From the IMG/VR virus record IMGVR_UViG_3300037493_002420, positions 4,461 through 68,460 of that record: a stretch of 64,000 nucleotides of DNA, one strand, 5' to 3'. Origin of the DNA: a virus. Made by a program: the position numbers and the translations under genes. A model generated the notes under the pieces. It did not search any database and was not told the DNA's origin. It saw only the letters and a program-made list of their open reading frames with translations. Within the stretch, counting starts at the first letter, position 1, and each line of letters begins with the position of its first letter. This document shows, one piece after another, positions 53,611 through 60,012 of the stretch.

Positions 53611-53721
53611 ATTACAATTTGTTGGTATAACAAAGTTAATATAAAAAACAAAACCTCCAAGTTTCCCAAGAGGTTTTATTAACAATTAAATCAAAAAACA
53701 AATTATGAAAGTAAAGCATTA

Positions 53722-53729
53722 CAAATATA
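53722..53729 (-). promoter_or_regulatory. Bacteroidota-type -7 promoter element
   Basis: TATATTTG(TA) at the head of the minus-strand module. Confidence 0.45.
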
Positions 53730-54104
53730 ATAAAATTATATTCTTATACATATAAAAAATATAATTATCTATACATGAAGTAAAGATAATACTTTACAAA
53801 ATATGTAAAGAAGTAAAGATAACTCTTGACAAAATGTAAATTATATTATGCAGGACACTAGAATATAACCTAATATGTATGTTATAATATGCATTGTAAG
53901 AACTCAAAAAGGTACTTAAGAATAAATATCTTTTTGGGTATATTGGAAAAATTTTTAAAAAAATTTTGGGATTTTTAATATGTAGTAGGGGGTGATTGGG
54001 CATACTAAATCAACCCCCACCCTCTCACTGGATTTGGGTGTACCCCCTATGTAATCTCTATCATCTTTCAACTAGTATTAGTATTAATGTTAAAATATTC
54101 TGTT

Positions 54105-54287
54105 ATGAAAAGATATAGTAATTATGTTATAGGTATGTTCATAGCTTCTCTATTCTTCCTTGGGTTGAGTATTGAAGCTGGATTGGAGAACATGCCTTCA
54201 GGTTGTGCAGTGCTTATAATAATAAGCTTCTGTCTATGGTATGTAGGAGTAATGGCTCCTGATCATGAGAAATATAAAGAGAGTTAA
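54105..54287 (+). CDS. Small two-TM membrane protein
   Basis: Two hydrophobic helices; lies between motif copy 1 and a terminator. Confidence 0.6.
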   Translation: MKRYSNYVIGMFIASLFFLGLSIEAGLENMPSGCAVLIIISFCLWYVGVMAPDHEKYKES

Positions 54288-54297
54288 TTCTCTCTTT
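54276..54297 (+). terminator. Intrinsic terminator
   Basis: AAAGAGAG-TTAATT-CTCTCTTT. Confidence 0.7.
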
Positions 54298-54323
54298 ATT
54301 CTCTTCATCTTTATACTATTCTT

Positions 54324-54421
54324 GATATAACAAGGAATGTTTTCAGGGGGGAGTAGGGCTAGCCGTAGCTACTACTTAATATACCTACGAGAGGAATCCT
54401 ATGGAAAACACTTGTTATATC
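54324..54421 (+). ncRNA. Candidate structured small RNA
   Basis: GATATAACAAG..TGTTTTC pairs with GAAAACA-CTTGTTATATC; starts right after a promoter motif; no ORF in the cassette. Confidence 0.55.
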
Positions 54422-54550
54422 TTATTATTATAATGCAATGGTTGAACAAATGATACTATCATTGTAATAATAATTATGGAAAAGTCAGAGGCCTTTCCCT
54501 TATTGCTTTGGGAATGTAAGTACCGTAAAAGGTCTTAGCAAGACACAATT

Positions 54551-54577
54551 AGAGAGAACTATATGTTCTCTCTTTTT
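54551..54577 (+). terminator. Intrinsic terminator
   Basis: AGAGAGAAC-TATAT-GTTCTCTCT plus U-tract. Confidence 0.75.
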
Positions 54578-54620
54578 CCTATTCATCTTATAACTATTGT
54601 TAAATATAAAATCAAATATT

Positions 54621-54806
54621 ATGGATGTAAAAACTATAAATAAGATTATTAAAATGCTTGATGAAAAAACTAATACCATTAAACTTAATCAACCTGTACC
54701 AATCATTAAAGATTGGCATAATGGATTAGTACATGGCTTAGAAGAATTCAGAGAGCATTTACGTAAACTTACAGTAATTCATACTGATTTACAAAAAGAG
54801 GAGTAA
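54621..54806 (+). CDS. Small early hypothetical protein
   Basis: MDVKTINK.. between a promoter motif and the terminator at 54794-54815. Confidence 0.6.
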   Translation: MDVKTINKIIKMLDEKTNTIKLNQPVPIIKDWHNGLVHGLEEFREHLRKLTVIHTDLQKEE

Positions 54807-54865
54807 TCCTCTTTTCTTTTTTTCATCTTTATACTAATATAAATATAAATTTAAAACTTAAAATT

Positions 54866-55237
54866 ATGAAAGTTATAACTTACAAAAAGAAAATTGAAGT
54901 AGAAGCTACTGTACCTTTTCCTGTTATCACATTTGTTCCTGGAAAAGTAAGAAAGTTTGAAGATGGTTACTCATGGGATGCTATGGGTTATGTAGCTAGA
55001 TTTGATGGACTTACTAATGATGGATATCATAAAGTAACAGGTATGTATTATACAAGCATAGATAAAATGCTTGAAGCATATGTCATGGAAAACTTTAATA
55101 AACGTACAGGTTATGGTTCAGTAGATTGGCATGTGTATTCAGGTAAAGATGTTAACCTACCTGAATTATCTGAATTAGAAGATACAAATGGTAATGATGA
55201 CCACGCTGATTTAGTTAATATGTTCAAAAACTTATAA
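54866..55237 (+). CDS. Early hypothetical protein
   Basis: 123-aa cassette gene; terminator at 55236-55257. Confidence 0.7.
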   Translation: MKVITYKKKIEVEATVPFPVITFVPGKVRKFEDGYSWDAMGYVARFDGLTNDGYHKVTGMYYTSIDKMLEAYVMENFNKRTGYGSVDWHVYSGKDVNLPELSELEDTNGNDDHADLVNMFKNL

Positions 55238-55292
55238 GGGAGAGCAATCTCCCTTTTGGGTTTCTTTTCTTTTCATCTTTATACTAGTATTG

Positions 55293-55432
55293 AGAATAGT
55301 TTCAGCAGGGGTAATCTCTGAACGGGTAAGTTTTTTAAAAGTTTCCTTGATAATATAAAAGGAAAGTATTTAATTACACACAGGCTGAAAGTGTATGTCA
55401 AGTTGCCTTAATTCCGGTACTGAAACTATTCT
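55293..55432 (+). ncRNA. Candidate structured small RNA
   Basis: Perfect 13-bp closing stem AGAATAGTTTCAG/CTGAAACTATTCT followed by a U-tract; fills a whole promoter cassette. Confidence 0.6.
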
Positions 55433-55486
55433 TTTTTCTTTTTTCATCTTTTCACCATTATTAGTATTTACTCTAAAATTAAACAT

Positions 55487-55873
55487 ATGAAAAAGTTAAC
55501 AGCGTACAAGACAGCAAAAAAAGAATTTGATGTAGTTTCAGAAGAAGTAATTTCTTTAGAAAATCAACTTGATGATACTAAAAGGATTGAAGTATCTTCC
55601 TCATTAAGTATTGATAGAAACTCAAGTGAATCACAATTCATTTATGCTATTGGTATTATCAATCAACAAATTGCTACTTGCAAAGAACTTGATATTGATA
55701 CTACACCAAGAGAAGAAATGAAGAAAGCTTGTATTCAGATTAGAAATCTTGTGAAAGAACACAGAGCTTGGGATGATTATGAAAATGAACTATGTACTTA
55801 TGTTAATCAAGTATATAAACTACTCACAGAAGAAGAGAAGTTTAGTTTGTTAGATTATCCAAAGAAGAAGTAA
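55487..55873 (+). CDS. Early hypothetical helical protein
   Basis: 128-aa cassette gene; terminator at 55881-55902. Confidence 0.7.
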   Translation: MKKLTAYKTAKKEFDVVSEEVISLENQLDDTKRIEVSSSLSIDRNSSESQFIYAIGIINQQIATCKELDIDTTPREEMKKACIQIRNLVKEHRAWDDYENELCTYVNQVYKLLTEEEKFSLLDYPKKK

Positions 55874-55960
55874 TTAATAAGGAGAGTGTAAAAACTCTCT
55901 TTGTTTTCTTTTTTTTTTCATCTTTTGACTATTCTTGATATTAACTCTAAATTTAAAAAG

Positions 55961-56179
55961 ATGAACAAAATTAAAATCAACACCGCAAGATTGAGAAGAG
56001 AAGTTAAAGCTGAAATTAATTCAGCAAGAATTATCTCTGAAGAGAAGTCACCTATGTCATCATTTGACAGAAAGACTTTAACAATGCTTAAAGCAGAAGT
56101 ATCTGATATAGATAGAGTAGCTTTAAGTAAGTTAATCTCAAACCGTTCAGGTTATAGAGTCTTGAGCACAAGGGATTAA
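55961..56179 (+). CDS. Early hypothetical protein (likely start MNKIKI)
   Basis: Start placed downstream of the promoter motif; terminator at 56188-56212. Confidence 0.6.
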   Translation: MNKIKINTARLRREVKAEINSARIISEEKSPMSSFDRKTLTMLKAEVSDIDRVALSKLISNRSGYRVLSTRD

Positions 56180-56267
56180 CACAATACAGAGAGGGCTTTA
56201 AGCTCTCTCTTTATTTTTTTCTTTCATCTTTATACTGTTATAAATATTCACTCTTAAATTAAATATT

Positions 56268-56483
56268 ATGTATACACAACAAAATATCAATAATCAAAGA
56301 TTTAGCATACGGTTCTGTAATGTTGCTAAATATTTAGGATTTAAAAAGGTAGGACCATTTGAAAAACTATTAAGACAAATGCACCCTAATAATAAAATTA
56401 GTTTTGGACCATCACATATGCGTGTTGGTAGATTGCTAAAGGAAATTACTGATTATTATAAATATGAAACTAGGGATAAATAA
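56268..56483 (+). CDS. Early hypothetical protein
   Basis: 71-aa cassette gene. Confidence 0.6.
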   Translation: MYTQQNINNQRFSIRFCNVAKYLGFKKVGPFEKLLRQMHPNNKISFGPSHMRVGRLLKEITDYYKYETRDK

Positions 56484-56528
56484 TCCCTTTTTTTATTTCA
56501 TCTTATAACTAATACTAAATATAAAACT

Positions 56529-56714
56529 ATGGTAGTAGAAACAGTAACACTAGAATTAGAGTGGACAGAGTATAAGTTATTAATGTCCTTGTTGAAAGAA
56601 ACTAAAGATTGGGCTAATATACTTGACAGTGAAAGATTATCAACAAAAATGTACAATGAGATATATGATAAACTATATACTCAACGTACTATAAAGAAAT
56701 GCATTAGCACATAA
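56529..56714 (+). CDS. Early hypothetical protein
   Basis: 61-aa cassette gene; terminator at 56697-56732. Confidence 0.6.
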   Translation: MVVETVTLELEWTEYKLLMSLLKETKDWANILDSERLSTKMYNEIYDKLYTQRTIKKCIST

Positions 56715-56826
56715 GCTAATGTATTTTTTTTTGACGTGCACTCCCTGACGTACACATCCTTGGCCTTCGGCAACTTTTTTTTTCATCTTTTTACTACTAT
56801 TGATTTTATTTATTAATTAAAACTAT

Positions 56827-57156
56827 ATGATTATGGCAAATGTATTCAGTGAAACAAAAACACTACAGTCTTTCGGAACTTCACGTCAATTGACAGGTGT
56901 GAAATTAATTCAAAACCCAAAAGAGGGAGGGAAGTTATTTGGAGAATTCAGTAACGGGGAAACTGCACGTCTTGCAAAAGACGTAACAGACCTTAAAGGG
57001 GATTTATCAGTATCGTGGTTCACACCTGAATCAGGGGACGCTAGTTGGATGATACACCGTACAGGTGCAAGTGCAAATGTTGTAGCCGAGATGTCTTTCG
57101 GTGCACCAAGTGCAGTTGCTACACCTGTAGCGTCAGCTGACTTAAAAGTCGGATAA
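56827..57156 (+). CDS. Early hypothetical beta-rich protein
   Basis: 109 aa; followed by the strong terminator at 57161-57201. Confidence 0.75.
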   Translation: MIMANVFSETKTLQSFGTSRQLTGVKLIQNPKEGGKLFGEFSNGETARLAKDVTDLKGDLSVSWFTPESGDASWMIHRTGASANVVAEMSFGAPSAVATPVASADLKVG

Positions 57157-57160
57157 TATT

Positions 57161-57201
57161 ATACACCTACATAGAGATATGTAGGTGTATTTTATTTTTT
57201 T
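57161..57201 (+). terminator. Strong intrinsic terminator
   Basis: 13-bp stem ATACACCTACATA-GAGA-TATGTAGGTGTAT plus U-tract. Confidence 0.8.
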
Positions 57202-57728
57202 CATATGTGCTTTATGTTGGCTTTCAGCAACTTGTTTTTTTCATCTTTATACTTATATAGATATTATTATTGAGCTTCATAGTTTATAATGGTACTTAAC
57301 AGATATATACTACAGAGCAGGTCAGCTATTGACTACGGAACGGTGTAGATATAATATAGATGAGTAAGCTACATTAGATGAAGAGTAATAGTTTGAGTGT
57401 AGATAAAGTTGTCTCCACCCTGTGTAGCTTTGTGCCTTTTAAAAGTTAAGTGCTTGATTATTAAGTAATTAATTTTTGATGGATTAAGTGATGAGAGGGT
57501 CTGATTGAGGGACTGAAATACTTTATCCTCTTCAATACCCTTCAACATACTTGGTAAATACCTCTCAAAGTAGGTACAGTACATAGTATATAGCTATTAG
57601 CCCTTGTACATTAGACCCTTTTACTTATAGTAATTGTTTAAGTACTCTTATATCTATTACTATTACTATATACTAGAGTATCACAGTAAACACATCCGGA
57701 ATTCATTTAACCCACTAAAATATTATAT

Positions 57729-57881
57729 ATGAAAGAACTTAAAAAAGAAGACATACTAAGTATTGCAAAGAAAGAATATGAGATAGGTTTTAAACAGGGT
57801 ATCTCTATAGGAATGTGGATAGGTGCATTTTTAGTTGGAATACTATTTACACTATTTACATATTTCTTTCCTCTTCCTTGA
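57729..57881 (+). CDS. Small single-TM protein, 50 aa (not in the ORF track)
   Basis: MKELKKEDILSIAKKEYEIGFKQGISIGMWIGAFLVGILFTLFTYFFPLP; AT-rich leader. Confidence 0.6.
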   Translation: MKELKKEDILSIAKKEYEIGFKQGISIGMWIGAFLVGILFTLFTYFFPLP

Positions 57882-58136
57882 GTGTAATTGTATCCGGAAT
57901 TAAATAAAATTGGGAGTATGTGACCATGAAAGAGGCATACATTTTAACTAACAACTGGATATAATCAAGCGAATCACCAGTCTAAAAAAGAGTCAGTGCA
58001 ATGGGTAGAGAAGCACATTAATCGTAACTGCCATAACTAAATTATTAATGAAATTAAAGGCTACGTGTCAAGGTGGGAGGTCCATGTGACTATACTTGAG
58101 ATGGGACAACTCATTGGGCTTTTTAATTTCATTTTT

Positions 58137-58280
58137 ACTCTCATCCAAGCAGGATAGTTATGTACAGATTTACTCTGTAAAAAGTAATAGACTTAACCGT
58201 CTGTCTATTACATAATGATCAGGAGGGGAAACCCCGCTCAAGACCACATAATCAAGGGTTGCAACCTTGTGAGAGTACCA
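58137..58280 (+). ncRNA. tRNA-like RNA (acceptor stem + T-arm + CCA) with an expanded central domain
   Basis: ACTCTCA/TGAGAGT 7-bp stem, discriminator A and CCA; the adjacent CAAGG-GTTGCAA-CCTTG arm has a 5-bp stem and 7-nt loop. Confidence 0.6.
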
Positions 58281-58439
58281 ATTAAAATACGTGTTGCCCA
58301 AGCTTCTACAAGATTAGTTATCTTGTCAGTTCTCTTGTCTCATTGAGACATGCTACTGTAATGAGGACAGTACAACTTTGCTTTTAAGGCTACCTTGAAA
58401 TAGGTAAGTGAGTGAGACTTAACTAGTCTAAAGCCTTTG

Positions 58440-58505
58440 TAATGCACCATTCCTGATTCCCAAGGTCAGGCTATAAAGATTAGCTGTCTTATAGAGTGCA
58501 GAGGG
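58440..58505 (+). ncRNA. Twister ribozyme, type P1 (compact copy)
   Basis: UAA-UGCA-CC..CCUGA-UUCCCAAGG-UCAGG-[P5]-AG-UGCA-GAGGG matches the twister core (UAA cleavage site, P2, P4, UCCCAA loop, GAGGG, both pseudoknots); P1 is weak. Confidence 0.8.
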
Positions 58506-58603
58506 GGATCATTGTACAGAAAGCGGAGCAGTAGGCTGTTACAATCAAAACAATAAAAGTTTTTATCATTTGTGCACAGGTGATAATTAAAACGAAGCTC
58601 CTG

Positions 58604-58869
58604 TAATGCACCACAACTCACGTGGATATAAAGACTTCTTGTGATCAGCATAGCTGGAAAGACAGTGAGTGAAAACTCCTACAAGATGTGAAACCACAAT
58701 GATTAACCAATACCTGCAATAATATTCCTTTGAATGCAGGGTAAGGACATATAAGAGGTAACTGTCTTCTTTTAGTTAATCATTCTCCCAAGGGTGAGCA
58801 GTTGTAACATTAGTGATTGGCTCTAGGGGACACCTAACCATAGTTTTTATTACAACTGAGTGCAGAGGG
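58604..58869 (+). ncRNA. Twister ribozyme variant with 163-nt insertion in L4
   Basis: UAA-UGCA-CC..CUCAC-[insert]-CUCCCAAGG-GUGAG-[P5]-AG-UGCA-GAGGG. Confidence 0.7.
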
Positions 58870-59233
58870 GTTATTAATTATTTAAAGTCTTTAATATCAA
58901 GTATAAAATGAGGCAAAATCCGCTAACCTCTTAGAGTATAGTCAGACTGCAGATAACTGCTATATGCTCACGTTCGATAAAATCTGCTGAAGTGAAGGTG
59001 TCAGCATACTTGATATTAATAACATTAATCAATACACTACTAGCTAGGGTGCTTACAGGGGGTTCCCTGATAGAATGTAGAATATAACAGAAGATGTAGG
59101 TTCTACTATTGATTTAATAAGTGTGGGTTGTTACACTATAATAAAACAACTATCCAGTAAGCTGCTGGCGTGGGACTGTCCAGTATAGATACAAGACAGT
59201 AGGCTTTGGTCAATATGCCTTAATGACCATAAA

Positions 59234-59526
59234 TAATGCACCATTCTCACGTGGATATAAAGACTTCTTGTTAACAATAGGGTAGGATAAAACCGTAAAG
59301 TCCCTGTTTTGGTCAAGATGTGAAACCACAATGATTAATAATATCCTCTTATCTAAGAAGGACAGAGAACTATGTTATGTGAGCATGGAACTACTACAAT
59401 TAAGTAGTAAGTTGAAATACATCTATTAATCATTCTCCCAAGGGTGAGCAGTTGTAATAGATATTAGCAGGTAAAGGGTTCAGCTGACTACTCCTGAATA
59501 TATTTATTACAGCTGAGTGCAGAGGG
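59234..59526 (+). ncRNA. Twister ribozyme variant with 184-nt insertion in L4
   Basis: Same scaffold as 58604-58869 with unrelated loop contents. Confidence 0.7.
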
Positions 59527-59628
59527 GTTACTAATTAACATCACAGTCCAATTGCCGTTAGGGTCTAACAAGGGAGACTGGCTGTCCTTGCTGTGATGTT
59601 TATTTTATTAATCTTAACACTTACTAAT

Positions 59629-59703
59629 ATGATATATTTAATTTTAATGGTGATTGTATTTATTATAGGAATAAGTTACTTAACCTACCAACTATTTAAA
59701 TAA
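59629..59703 (+). CDS. 24-aa hydrophobic micropeptide (not in the ORF track)
   Basis: MIYLILMVIVFIIGISYLTYQLFK; AT-rich leader. Confidence 0.45.
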   Translation: MIYLILMVIVFIIGISYLTYQLFK

Positions 59704-59706
59704 TAT

Positions 59707-59973
59707 TAACCTATCATCCTGTGTGTATGAAGACTTCTTATCTTTAAAAGAAACACCTGAAATGGGAGATAAGATGTAAAACCACAATGATTAAGTTTGA
59801 AAATAATACTACAGATTATGCATGTAGTTCTTAATCATTTTCCCAAGAACAGGCAGTTGTAATAAAAGACCAACCAGTAAAGAGTCTGACCTTAAGTGTC
59901 ACCTTTATTTGAACTTGAAATATACTAAGAAGAAAAGGTCTGGGTAATTGATATTACAACTGAATAGGGAGGG
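59707..59973 (+). ncRNA. Twister ribozyme variant with 117-nt insertion in L4 (covarying copy)
   Basis: UAA-CCUA-UC..CCUGU-[insert]-UUCCCAAGA-ACAGG-[P5]-AA-UAGG-GAGGG; P2, P4 and T2 all show compensatory changes. Confidence 0.72.
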
Positions 59974-60012
59974 GTAAAAATAAAACATTACTAACTTAAA
60001 ACTATACTTAAA

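Larger units (their letters stand above)
54061..57254 (+). promoter_or_regulatory. Dispersed repeat TCATCTTnnnACTA, 11 copies: putative phage early promoter
   Basis: Copies start at 54061, 54305, 54583, 54823, 55273, 55444, 55918, 56224, 56498, 56783 and 57241; all are co-oriented and lie between genes. Confidence 0.8.

Noticed and set aside
2094-53644. Many short plus-strand and nested ORFs in the ORF track
   Set aside because: Shadow frames of long minus-strand genes with implausible composition
53794-54003. 69-aa minus-strand ORF at the strand switch
   Set aside because: Low-complexity translation of AT tracts in a probable regulatory or terminus region
58137-58280. Canonical tRNA gene
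   Set aside because: Too long, non-canonical T-loop and no clear anticodon arm; kept only as tRNA-like
58622-58697. Hammerhead ribozyme in the L4 insert (GAAAC present)
   Set aside because: No CUGANGA core, and the third long copy has AAAAC instead of GAAAC
57369-59331. Minus-strand ORFs 57369-57584, 58466-58651 and 59131-59331
   Set aside because: Antisense to the early region; the shared TRSLYIHV peptide is simply the reverse complement of the RNA scaffold repeat
58440-59973. CRISPR array or mini-array (conserved blocks alternating with variable blocks)
   Set aside because: The conserved blocks differ from one another and pair across the variable parts. Variable lengths are irregular and there is no cas operon. 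The twister fold explains the pattern better.
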